Shown one piece after another: positions 16,698 to 25,425 of a stretch of DNA of 60,574 bases; position 1 is the first letter of the stretch; each line of letters begins with the position of its first letter. The stretch is taken from positions 1 to 60,574 of the forward strand of contig JAEEUR010000001.1 in assembly GCA_016290595.1 (NCBI GenBank). Reading direction: 5' to 3'. The notes beneath the pieces were generated by a model, which saw only the letters and a list, made by a program, of their open reading frames with translations, did not search any database and was not told the DNA's origin. A program made the translations under genes and the position numbers. Source of the stretch: Lachnospiraceae bacterium (GTDB lineage: Bacteria > Bacillota > Clostridia > Lachnospirales > Lachnospiraceae).

Positions 16698-18137
16698 TTA
16701 TTCCTGTTCTTCCGCCGGGCCGATCTCAAAGATGATCCGGCTTCCGCCTTCCGCATCCGCCTGTTCCACCAGGCTGGCGTTCCCTTCGCGGTCGATGGAG
16801 ATCACGAGCGGGGAGTCCGTTCCTTCCGTTTCCTCCAGCTGAACGGTGATCCGTACCAGCGCCTTCGGGACGATCGCTTCGCCCGTCTTCGTGAGGAAGG
16901 TGAACTCCAGGGCCTGCAGCCGCAGGAACTCCGGCGGGATCGCTTCCGAGACCGATTCGGGCAGTTCCTCGGAGATCACTTCCCGTACCTCCATGCGGGT
17001 CCCATCGGGGAAGGCGCCTTCGGCTGCCTCCGCCAGGACCGTCAGGCCTTCCAGGCTGACGCTGAAGCTCTGCGCCGGATATGCTTCCGCTTCGTTAGGC
17101 TCAGACTCTGTCACTTCAGGTTCCGTCGTTTCCGGTACCGTCTCTTCCGGCTCGCTGGTTTCAGGTTCCGTCGTTTCGGGCTCCGTCTCTTCAGGCACTG
17201 TCTCTTCGGGCTCGGTGGTTTCGGGTTCCGTTTCTTCCGGAACTGTTGTCTCGGGTTCGGTGGTTTCCGGTTCCGTCGTTTCGGGTTCTGTCTCTTCAGG
17301 CTCTGTCGTTTCAGGCTCGGTCGCTTCCGGTTCCGTTTCTTCCGGAGCTGTTGTCTCAGGCTCGGTGGTCTCAGGTTCCGTCTCTTCCGGCTCCGTAGTC
17401 TCCGGTTCTGTCTCTTCAGGAACTGTCGTCTCCGGTTCGGGGGCTTCAGGTTCCGTCGTTTCAGGCTCCGTGACCTCCGGCTCGGTCGTCTCCGGTTCTG
17501 TCGTTTCAGGTTCCGTTTCTTCCGGCTCTGTCACCTCGGGTTCGATGGTTTCCGGCTCTGTCTCTTCAGGCAATGTCGTGTCAAGCTCGGTTTCTACCGG
17601 TTCCGTCACCTCGGCTTCCGTCGTCTCCGGCTCCGTATTCTCTTCGCTTTCCGGCTCGGTCACGAAGCGGAAGCAGAGATCGTCGTGCGCATGTTCTCTG
17701 AGTTCTATCTTCCCGCAGATCAGCGCCCCGTTTTCGTCCCGGCAGGCGGCCGTATGCACGTGCAGTTCCGTAGGCTCGGTGCAGATCAGCGTTCCGTCTT
17801 CCGCGTAACAACTTTCGCCGTGAACGTGCAGGCTTCTCTCCGGGATCGGGCAGACCAGCCGGCCGCTCCTGTCGCAGCAGGACGCCTTGTGCTCATGGAT
17901 CACGTAATCCGCATAGCCGCAGATCAGCCTTCCTTCGGCATCATAGCAGGCTTCCGAATGCTGATGGACCGTATACGTACAGGCCAGTTCCCGTTCCTGT
18001 CCGACCATCGCGAGGCCGGACCTTGTCAGGACGGCGGTTGTTCCCGTACCGACCAGCAGGGCCAGTCCCAGGAAGACCGCCATCCAGCGGCGGTGTTTCC
18101 GCCGGGATTCCAGCATCTTCTTTAAGCGTTCTTCCAC
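16698..18137 (-). CDS. signal-anchored protein: Cys/His mini-repeats, (PETTE)n acidic stalk, C-terminal beta-rich module
   Basis: 479 aa. It starts at GTG 18137; the in-frame ATG at Met-8 is an alternative start. The N-terminus is a basic stretch plus TM ([26 protein letters not shown]). Four and a half H-x-H...C...L-x-C repeats are followed by about 190 aa of T/E/P. The C-terminal domain is about 125 aa. Confidence 0.6.
   Translation of the reverse strand: MEERLKKMLESRRKHRRWMAVFLGLALLVGTGTTAVLTRSGLAMVGQERELACTYTVHQHSEACYDAEGRLICGYADYVIHEHKASCCDRSGRLVCPIPERSLHVHGESCYAEDGTLICTEPTELHVHTAACRDENGALICGKIELREHAHDDLCFRFVTEPESEENTEPETTEAEVTEPVETELDTTLPEETEPETIEPEVTEPEETEPETTEPETTEPEVTEPETTEPEAPEPETTVPEETEPETTEPEETEPETTEPETTAPEETEPEATEPETTEPEETEPETTEPETTEPETTVPEETEPETTEPEETVPEETEPETTEPETSEPEETVPETTEPEVTESEPNEAEAYPAQSFSVSLEGLTVLAEAAEGAFPDGTRMEVREVISEELPESVSEAIPPEFLRLQALEFTFLTKTGEAIVPKALVRITVQLEETEGTDSPLVISIDREGNASLVEQADAEGGSRIIFEIGPAEEQE
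17091..17660 (-). repeat. coding tandem repeat, ~38 imperfect 15-nt units encoding P-E-(T/E/V)-T-E
   Basis: The plus strand shows gtttc(c/g/a)gg(c/t)tc(c/g/t)gt(c/g) periodicity. The protein reads ...[43 protein letters not shown]... Confidence 0.9.
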
Positions 18138-18206
18138 TCTTCCTTTCAGGGTAACCGCCTCCTTTCTCTTAAAAATCTGTTATTCTTCCGTTTGGTGCCG
18201 CCGGCC

Positions 18207-18785
18207 CTACCGGACCCGGCCGAAGCCGCTTAAGGGCCACACCCGGAAGATGATCTTTCCGATGATCATCTCGTCGCTGATGCATCCCACCGTCGTATGA
18301 CGGCTGTCGATGCTGGTGGAGCGATGGTCCCCCATCACAAAATACCTGGCGTCGGGGACCTGGTAAGGCAGTTCGATGTCGGTTTCCCCGAACGCCTTCT
18401 CGCTTAAGTACGTTTCCTCGAGGGGCTGTCCGTCGATATAGACGGTTCCGGTCTCATCCAGATTGACCCACTGTCCCTCGGTCGCAATGACCCGTTTGAT
18501 CAGGATCGTATTGTTGTAGTAAAAGGCAATCACGTCTCCCTGCTTTAAGTTCCGGTGCAGGGCGATGACGATATCGCCGTCGTTCAAGGTGTCCGACATG
18601 GAGCTGCCCAGGATCTGCAGCATCGGCAGGACCAGCACAGCGACCAGGACCGCCAGCGCCGCGACCACGACCAGATAGAACACCGTGCCGCGGAAGACCT
18701 TGCCGAAGCGCTTCCTGTACTGGACCTTGTCCAGCTCCTTCTCCAGCTGGTCCACCGAAGGGAAGGTCCGCTCTTCGATCTTCAT
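18207..18785 (-). CDS. lepB: type I signal peptidase (LepB/P-type, catalytic residues intact)
   Basis: 192 aa with one TM. The motifs are GSSMSDTL (Ser), LIKRVIA (Lys) and GDHRSTSIDSR. The start overlaps the stop of the coiled-coil gene. Confidence 0.85.
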   Translation of the reverse strand: MKIEERTFPSVDQLEKELDKVQYRKRFGKVFRGTVFYLVVVAALAVLVAVLVLPMLQILGSSMSDTLNDGDIVIALHRNLKQGDVIAFYYNNTILIKRVIATEGQWVNLDETGTVYIDGQPLEETYLSEKAFGETDIELPYQVPDARYFVMGDHRSTSIDSRHTTVGCISDEMIIGKIIFRVWPLSGFGRVR

Positions 18786-19117
18786 GGCTTTCCGCCCTCC
18801 CGGGAGCCTTCCTGCGGGTCCGTTTCTCCGTCCAGGCGGCGGATCAGGCGGGCGATGGCGTCGTCCTTTTCCTGCAGCCGGTCCGTCAGGGCGTCCAGGC
18901 GGGCTTCTCTTTCGTCCAGCCGTTTTTTCAGGCGGTCGATCTCGGCGTCCTTCTCGTTCAGCCGGACCTTCAGACGGCTCAGCGTTTCCTCCAGGGAGGA
19001 GATCTGGATCTGCCGCTCCGTCAGCTTGTCGCTGATTTCCTGAACGTCCCGGCTCTGCAGGAGCAGAAGCTGGAGCAGATCCTGACGGCGCAGCTTGCGC
19101 AGTTCTTTTTCCGTCAC
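18782..19117 (-). CDS. small cytoplasmic coiled-coil protein
   Basis: 111 aa with no signal peptide. Heptad-rich sequence (LSRLKVRLNEKDAEIDRLKKRLDEREARLDALTDRLQEKDDAIARLIRRL). The start overlaps the adhesin stop and the stop overlaps the lepB start. Confidence 0.5.
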   Translation of the reverse strand: MTEKELRKLRRQDLLQLLLLQSRDVQEISDKLTERQIQISSLEETLSRLKVRLNEKDAEIDRLKKRLDEREARLDALTDRLQEKDDAIARLIRRLDGETDPQEGSREGGKP

Positions 19118-22100
19118 GGCGCTTCCCTCCTCTTCCTTTTTCCGGACCGGATCCGCAGCATCGCGCTGGCTCCGAGGAGCAGCGCCGCGCCGGCCGCGCC
19201 GTACGCAGCCGTTCCCCTTCCGCCGGTCGCGGGAAGCTCGTAGCCGGAGGCGTTCGGCACGGTGATCCGGTAGAGATCCTCCGCCTGCACGTAGGTCACG
19301 GTGTACGGAGCCGCCATGACGACGTTGTCCGTTATGATGCTGCCGGTCACCGTCAGCGTGACCGCTCCCGAGAGCAGCTGATAGCCGTCCGGCGGCGCCG
19401 TTTCGACCAGGCGGTATTCTCCGAAGAGCAGCGCGCCCAGGGACAGCAGGCCGTTTTCGTCGGTCGTGCCGGACGCGACCGCTTCGGCGCCCTCTTTCGG
19501 CGCCTGCGCCGCATCGTCATAATCCGCCGCCCGGTACAGGGCAAAGGAAGCTCCGCTTAAGGACTCGCCGCTCTCCGCGCTGACCTTCTTGAGGCCGACG
19601 TTCTTCTGCTTGCTGTTCGGGATCCCGAGGATATAGGAGACCGTTCCGGTCGCGGGATCCGTTGCCGTCTGCAGCCAGTTTTCGCAGCCGGCCGTATTCA
19701 CGACGACCGTCCCGTCATTCTTAAGGGTGAAGCACAGATCGTACTGCAGCAGCTGGTAAGGGTAAGGCGCCTGCGTTTCCGTCAGGTAGTAGGTGCCGGC
19801 TCCGAGCGCCATCGTGATCTGCCGCAGGACGCCGTCGACCGTCGCGGAAGGAACGCCTTCGGCGTCGGTGATCAGATTCTCCCAGCCCTCGATGGGCAGG
19901 TAGTCCTTGACCAGCTCCCCGTTCAGGTTCGTCACCTGCCGGTACAGGGCAAAGTGCGCGCCGGCTACCGGCGTAAATTCAGCTTCATCTGCGTCACTCT
20001 TGACGACTTTCAGCAGGACGCCCCTGTTCTTAATGGTCACGGTGGCCGCCATGCCGTTCTCATTTGAGCCGTCCTGGGCGATCACTACCATGTAAAGATC
20101 GCTCTCCGGACTGAAGCTGATCTCATTGCCGGCGCTCACCGTGATCGTGATGGGCTGATCCAGCACCACGTAGTTCTGCGGCGCGGCGATCTCCGTCAGC
20201 GTATAAGTCCCTTCGGACAGGTAGGCGATGGTGATCAGGCCGTCCTCTCCGGAGGTGAAGCTCTCGGCCGCGACGGGATTTCCTTCCGCGTCGGTCAAGG
20301 TAAAGACCGCGCCGGCCAGCGGATTCCCGTTCATATCCTGCTTGTACAGCTGGATGCCCGGCCGGGAGTTCGTTACGGTATCGGTGCGGACGTTTTCGTT
20401 CTTGCCGGTAGGCTGCCCTATCGCGTAGGAAACTTTATAGCTGTAGTTATCGTTATGCGTGCCGCCGACGGGCGTTCCGCCGACGTTTAAGGTCCCGCCC
20501 GTTTCGATGGGCGTGACGCTGTCGTATCCGCTGACGACGCCGTCGGCGTTGACGAAGATCCGTCCGCCCTCGGCGACGGTGAGGATGACTTCCCGGACGA
20601 TATAGTCGCTGAACGTCGTACCGTCTTCCAGCTGTTCAAAGAAAAAGTAAACGGAGGTCTCGCCGCCGGAGAGCCGCCGCACCGAATCGGCCAGCAGCTG
20701 TCCGGGCCCTCCCTGCGCATTCCTGAGGTATATGGCAAAGTAGATCGGATCGTGGGATTCCATGAAGTCCGCGTCCGTCCAGACCTTTTCCAGCGTCAGG
20801 CCCCAGCCCCGCTGGTTGCGGACCTCGATGAGCGGGGATTCATCCGCGCCCATGATCGCGCTGTAAGGAGTCCCCTGCGAGATGACGGGATCCACGTCCA
20901 TCCGGTTGTAGCCGTCCGTGATCCGGCGGGTATAGCCCTTCGGCACCTCGTAGTCACGCTCTTCCACCTTGTAGAAGGTGCCGACGATAAGGTTCCGGAA
21001 TTCGATGTAATGATCGGCCGGGATCTTCGTAACGGAGCCGTTCATGGAGGTGATGAAGGTGGCGGACGCCTTCTCTTCCTCGGTCAGGTCGGAATAGACG
21101 GTCTTGCCGAGCGAGGCAAAGCACTGGTTTTCCTCATCCCAGCGGCAGTAGTTGCCGTCCTCGTCCTTGACGTGGTACCGGTACATGTTGGCGGCCGGCA
21201 CGTTTTCGGGATCCGTGTTTTCATTGCCCAGATAGACACGGAAGCTGAACGGCGTTTCGTTGTCGTCCGGATAGTGCAGCACCGTTACGCCGTCCGCATC
21301 GTAGAGCTTCTTGCGCACGGAAAGCGTCCGCATGGCGCCTTCCTTCACGTGGTTGTCAAACTCCACCTTGGAGCGGTTCTGCGTCGTATCCTGCGGCGTC
21401 GTATAATCCAGGCGGGCGGTCCCGTTCACGGTATTGCCGGTCGCCGTTCCCGTCAGGACGGCGCCGTTGGCCCGGACCTCGTCGTACACGTCCGGATTGA
21501 CGCCGCATTCCGTCACCGTATAGGCCGTCGTGCCTTCCGGCAGCGCGATCTCGGCGGACTGGCCGGGTTTCAGGAAGAAGACGTTCTGATAGGCGACCGT
21601 GCCGCCGGCCGGCGTGAAGCTCTCCGCGAATTTGACGTTGGCCGTCGTGCCGGCATAGAAGGCGTTGTAGACGCCGTCCGTCTTCTCTTCCAGCAGATGC
21701 GCCTGCTCTCCGCCGTCGCTGCGGGTCCAGTAGCGGATCTGGTACGGGATCTCGATCAGCGAGTTGTCCGCTTCTTCCGTTCCCGACAGCTTTTTGCTTA
21801 AGATGATATGGCCCGGCTTGACCGCAGCCAGATTGAAGCGCATGTGAAGGTTGGAAGCGCCGGCGCCGCGCTCCATATAGAAGACCGTCATCGTATGGTT
21901 GGAGTAATCCTTGAAGACGTACTGGCCGGCGGCGTTCTGCTGGAAGATCTCGTCCAGCTTCGCCTCGATCTCCGACTCGGAGAGGCCGCGCGCCACGTAA
22001 TTCTCGCGGAACAGCTCGATCAGCGTCGTGTTGCGCGTCCGGGCCGCCACGTTGTTGCCTTTCGCGTCGTGAACGATCAGCTCGACTTCCCCGGTGCGGA

Positions 22101-25056
22101 AGTTGACGTTGCCCACGGAGGCCGCGTGAACGCCGCCCAGATCCAGGATCAGCTCGCCGTCCACGTACAGCCAGAAGTCGTCGTCTCCGGAGAACTCAAA
22201 GATGATGTCGTGGCCCCAGGCGTCCAGGCCGCTGGCCGTCTGCGTGAAGCTGGCTTCCACCTGCATGCCGAAGAAGTAGTCCGCTTCGTTCTGCGGGATC
22301 AGATGCAGGTTTTCGCCTTTTCTCGGATCCGAATCCGGCAGCTCGTTGCCCAGCACGTCGGTCAGGTTCGTGACCCCGGAATAGCGGCCGGCCACGATCT
22401 GGTTGTACGGCATGAACTGGCCGTGGGTCCTCGTCTTCCTGTCATCCGTGCCGATGCCGGCCAGCTGATCGTAGACCGTAAAAGTGCCGTCCGCATTCAG
22501 GTGCGCAAAGTTCTGGGTGCTGTCGTATTCGAAGTAGCCGCTCTCGTTGTAAATGCTCTGAATAAACAGATGATTGGCAGTCGTCATGCCGCTGAACAGT
22601 TCGGCCAGCGAATGTCCTTCTCTTCCGGTTGCAGCCGTAGAAACGGGATACCCGTCGACCATATCCGTGCTGAGCATTCCGGCAGCGTTGTTGTCACGCC
22701 CGAAAAACTCCGTCTGACCGGAATCTCTGTCTTCGACGATCGGATTGTTGAAGTCCACGATCTTCATGGAGATGCCGTACTCGTTGTTGTCGATCGTCGT
22801 GACCGTCGTCAGCTCGTCGGTCTCGTCGATCGGATTCACGACGGCAAAGTAGAAGTCCTCCGCGGCCGAGAGCGGTCCCGAAGCAAGGCGGCCGTCCGCG
22901 ATCCGCAGGCCGCTGTAGGTGTAATAGTAATCGTCCCAGGCGATGATCGTCGTATAGCTTTCGCCGTAGCGGCGGCCGTTTAAGTTGATACCGATCGTCG
23001 CGTCCGAAAAGACCTGGTTGTCCTTCTGCTGCGGCGCGATGTAGTTCCCGTACTGATGATTCTGCAGCTCGTAGTAATAGTTGACCGAGCCGTCGCTGTT
23101 GTGGTATTCGGTGAAATCCCAGAGAGCCGTATTGACGCGGCTGCCGATCCACTCGATGGTGTCGCCGGCGTCGTGGCAGGGGATCAGGGACCCGTCGTGG
23201 TCCACCGCAAAGAATTCATAGCGTTTCTTCGTGTCGTTCCACAGACGCACGTACAGCACCACCTGCTGTCCGTCGTATACGTTCGCCAGGTCGGAAACGC
23301 TGACCTTCTTCGCGGAGTACAGATGGAAGTCCTCTTCCGTCAGCACGGAGCGCTCCACCAGATTCAGCCAGGCCCGGTCGCCGTTCGCATTATTGCCGCT
23401 TACGGCATTGAAGCCCTTTGCGGCGTTCTGCGGCAGATTCAGGGCATAGGAGCCGACCGTAAAGTGCCATTCTCCTTTGTGCGCCCCGGTACCGGGCGTC
23501 ACCTTGATCACGGAATTCGTTTCGTCCGGCGTATCCTGCAGCGTCACGTTTGCGCCGTTGATGGTGAGATATTGTTTTTGCCCGCCGGCCTGCACCGTTA
23601 TATAATACAGATCATCGCTGACGTTTTCGAAGCTCCACTCGACGATATCGCTGTCCTGGGCCACCAGCAGGATGCCCGTATTGTCCAGCACGTCCGGACG
23701 CATCACAAGATCCTGGCCTGCCAGGCGGGACTGGTTGTTCTCCGTTATGGCGTCCGCCGTTAAAGCGCAGGCCAGCACGTTGTCGTCATGGTAGGCGATG
23801 CCGTAGCTCTTGCCGTCCAGATGATAGGGATCGTCCTCTTTGATCAGGGAGGAGGCGTAGGTCAGCCGGATCCAGACGTTGCCGGTCGTATCGTTATTGG
23901 CCGTCCACAGGCGGATGCCGCCGCCGCCGTTGGAATACTGCAGCCACTTATCCTCTCCGAAAACCTTAAAATAGAACAGGCCGTCTCTCGCCTGGCTCAG
24001 TTCGAAAACGGTCCCGCCGCTTGCGACCAGCCCCACCTGGTTGCCATTCGTATTTTTCAGATAGACTTTTGCATTATCAACGACCGTGGAGATGCGGTAG
24101 CAGTTGTCGCCCTCCGCCGGTTCGAGAAGCCAGCTCGCGGCTTCCGTATAGTCATTCTCGCTTATCTGCAGGCAGCCGCCGCTGATCAGGTTGCTCGTGA
24201 AATAATAGGTTTTGTTCGGCGTCGTATTGATTTTTGTCACGGAAAGGACGAAGGCTTCCGCGGTATTGGCGGCCAGTTCCTCCAGATCCTGCACGCTTCT
24301 GGCGCCGAAAGGTTCCGGCGCGTCCACGATGGCGTACACGGAGAAGGACTCGGTCTCAAAGCTGACCGCTTCCCCGTCCGCTTCCACGTTTTCCACGACG
24401 TCCGGTTCCTCCGCGTCTTCCGCGAAGTGGACGACCTGCATGTTTTCCAGGCCGCCGTCCCGGTCCGCGAGCTCGATCTTCACGTCCACGGGAGCGGACA
24501 GCTCCACTTTTTCGCCGTTTATGTCCAGGATCTTGATGTCAAATAAGCGAATGTATTCCGCCGAGCCGGACGCCAGGCCCAGCGCGGACTCGGTCTTGGC
24601 CACGAATTCGTCATAGACCGCAGCGTTGTCGCGGTCCTTCAGGATCTCGGAGACGGCCAGCTCGGCGCCCAGCGGCACGCCGGCGTCCAGACCGTAGGTC
24701 ACGGAGATCTGATAGCTGTTGCCGTCCGTCGCCTTTAAGGTCTTCTGCAGGAAGCGGCCCAGGATCACGAAGAAGGAGGTGCCCCCGCCGTTTTCTTCCG
24801 GCTTCTCATCCTCTGCCGGCTTTTCGCCTTCACCGGGCTCTGCGCCGTCCGCGGGCTCTCCGCTTTCACCCGGTCCCGCCTCTTCGGCAGGGTCTTCGAC
24901 TTCCGCCGGTTCCCCTTCCTGCTCCTGATTTTCCTGCACGGAAACGGTCCCGGCCGCAGGATCTGCGCCCGGTCCGCCGTTCTCTGCTGCCGCCGCCGGA
25001 AGGGCCAGCTGCAGCAGAAGCAGGAGACATAGGAGGATGGAAAGGGTCTTCTTCAT
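19114..25056 (-). CDS. giant LPXTG-anchored pilus-tip-type adhesin (~1980 aa)
   Basis: I prefer the start MKKTLSILLCLLLLLQLALPAAAA; the ORF extends to a GTG at 25092. It has an acidic linker and a fibro-slime/PA14-like block FEFSGDDDFWLYVDGELILDLGGVH. There are several CnaB-like modules (YTLTEIAAPQNY, YYLTETQAPYPY, YRLVETAPPDGY). The C-terminus is ELPATGGRGTAAYGAAGAALLLGASAMLRIRSGKRKRREAP. Confidence 0.85.
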   Translation of the reverse strand: MKKTLSILLCLLLLLQLALPAAAAENGGPGADPAAGTVSVQENQEQEGEPAEVEDPAEEAGPGESGEPADGAEPGEGEKPAEDEKPEENGGGTSFFVILGRFLQKTLKATDGNSYQISVTYGLDAGVPLGAELAVSEILKDRDNAAVYDEFVAKTESALGLASGSAEYIRLFDIKILDINGEKVELSAPVDVKIELADRDGGLENMQVVHFAEDAEEPDVVENVEADGEAVSFETESFSVYAIVDAPEPFGARSVQDLEELAANTAEAFVLSVTKINTTPNKTYYFTSNLISGGCLQISENDYTEAASWLLEPAEGDNCYRISTVVDNAKVYLKNTNGNQVGLVASGGTVFELSQARDGLFYFKVFGEDKWLQYSNGGGGIRLWTANNDTTGNVWIRLTYASSLIKEDDPYHLDGKSYGIAYHDDNVLACALTADAITENNQSRLAGQDLVMRPDVLDNTGILLVAQDSDIVEWSFENVSDDLYYITVQAGGQKQYLTINGANVTLQDTPDETNSVIKVTPGTGAHKGEWHFTVGSYALNLPQNAAKGFNAVSGNNANGDRAWLNLVERSVLTEEDFHLYSAKKVSVSDLANVYDGQQVVLYVRLWNDTKKRYEFFAVDHDGSLIPCHDAGDTIEWIGSRVNTALWDFTEYHNSDGSVNYYYELQNHQYGNYIAPQQKDNQVFSDATIGINLNGRRYGESYTTIIAWDDYYYTYSGLRIADGRLASGPLSAAEDFYFAVVNPIDETDELTTVTTIDNNEYGISMKIVDFNNPIVEDRDSGQTEFFGRDNNAAGMLSTDMVDGYPVSTAATGREGHSLAELFSGMTTANHLFIQSIYNESGYFEYDSTQNFAHLNADGTFTVYDQLAGIGTDDRKTRTHGQFMPYNQIVAGRYSGVTNLTDVLGNELPDSDPRKGENLHLIPQNEADYFFGMQVEASFTQTASGLDAWGHDIIFEFSGDDDFWLYVDGELILDLGGVHAASVGNVNFRTGEVELIVHDAKGNNVAARTRNTTLIELFRENYVARGLSESEIEAKLDEIFQQNAAGQYVFKDYSNHTMTVFYMERGAGASNLHMRFNLAAVKPGHIILSKKLSGTEEADNSLIEIPYQIRYWTRSDGGEQAHLLEEKTDGVYNAFYAGTTANVKFAESFTPAGGTVAYQNVFFLKPGQSAEIALPEGTTAYTVTECGVNPDVYDEVRANGAVLTGTATGNTVNGTARLDYTTPQDTTQNRSKVEFDNHVKEGAMRTLSVRKKLYDADGVTVLHYPDDNETPFSFRVYLGNENTDPENVPAANMYRYHVKDEDGNYCRWDEENQCFASLGKTVYSDLTEEEKASATFITSMNGSVTKIPADHYIEFRNLIVGTFYKVEERDYEVPKGYTRRITDGYNRMDVDPVISQGTPYSAIMGADESPLIEVRNQRGWGLTLEKVWTDADFMESHDPIYFAIYLRNAQGGPGQLLADSVRRLSGGETSVYFFFEQLEDGTTFSDYIVREVILTVAEGGRIFVNADGVVSGYDSVTPIETGGTLNVGGTPVGGTHNDNYSYKVSYAIGQPTGKNENVRTDTVTNSRPGIQLYKQDMNGNPLAGAVFTLTDAEGNPVAAESFTSGEDGLITIAYLSEGTYTLTEIAAPQNYVVLDQPITITVSAGNEISFSPESDLYMVVIAQDGSNENGMAATVTIKNRGVLLKVVKSDADEAEFTPVAGAHFALYRQVTNLNGELVKDYLPIEGWENLITDAEGVPSATVDGVLRQITMALGAGTYYLTETQAPYPYQLLQYDLCFTLKNDGTVVVNTAGCENWLQTATDPATGTVSYILGIPNSKQKNVGLKKVSAESGESLSGASFALYRAADYDDAAQAPKEGAEAVASGTTDENGLLSLGALLFGEYRLVETAPPDGYQLLSGAVTLTVTGSIITDNVVMAAPYTVTYVQAEDLYRITVPNASGYELPATGGRGTAAYGAAGAALLLGASAMLRIRSGKRKRREAP

Positions 25057-25135
25057 GGTTTGCCTGTCATTCAGGTATATTGACTCGGGCACAGACCCAC
25101 GCCGAAACAGGCAGGTCCTGCCCTAAAACTCGTTT

Positions 25136-25164
25136 ATGATACCATATCCCGCTAAATCTTTCAA
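25136..25164 (-). promoter_or_regulatory. candidate sigma-A promoter of the pilus locus
   Basis: The minus strand reads TTGAAA-17 nt-TATCAT inside the only AT-rich stretch (25130-25330) upstream of the adhesin gene. Confidence 0.5.
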
Positions 25165-25425
25165 GTTTTTTTATGATTATCCCGCATTTATGCCGCCGCA
25201 GCGCGTCATTTATTCTTTTATTCTGCTTTTTACCCGTCTTTCCCTTCCGTTGCTCTTTCTTACTCCGTTTTTTTCTCCTCACAGTCTTTTTCCCTCCGAA
25301 AAAACAGGGCCGGCAGGCTTGATTTTTTGCGGGAAAACTGCGAAAATAGAACCGTTGCGGCCCCGCCTGTCCCATCAACGTTCCGCGGGCCGAAGGCCAC
25401 AGCGCCCAACAAGCAAAGGAGACCT

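Noticed and set aside
17091-17660. The periodic repeat tract considered as a possible CRISPR array or non-coding satellite.
   Set aside because: The period is strictly 15 nt, in frame and without spacers. It sits inside a long ORF that translates to a coherent PETTE stalk. No cas genes are present in the window.
25165-25425. The AT-rich 260-nt divergent region, checked for a small regulatory gene or sRNA.
   Set aside because: It contains only short, low-complexity ORFs on either strand (for example 25067-25378 and 25136-25429, Lys/Arg/Phe-rich) with no RBS. The AT-richness is adequately explained by divergent promoters.
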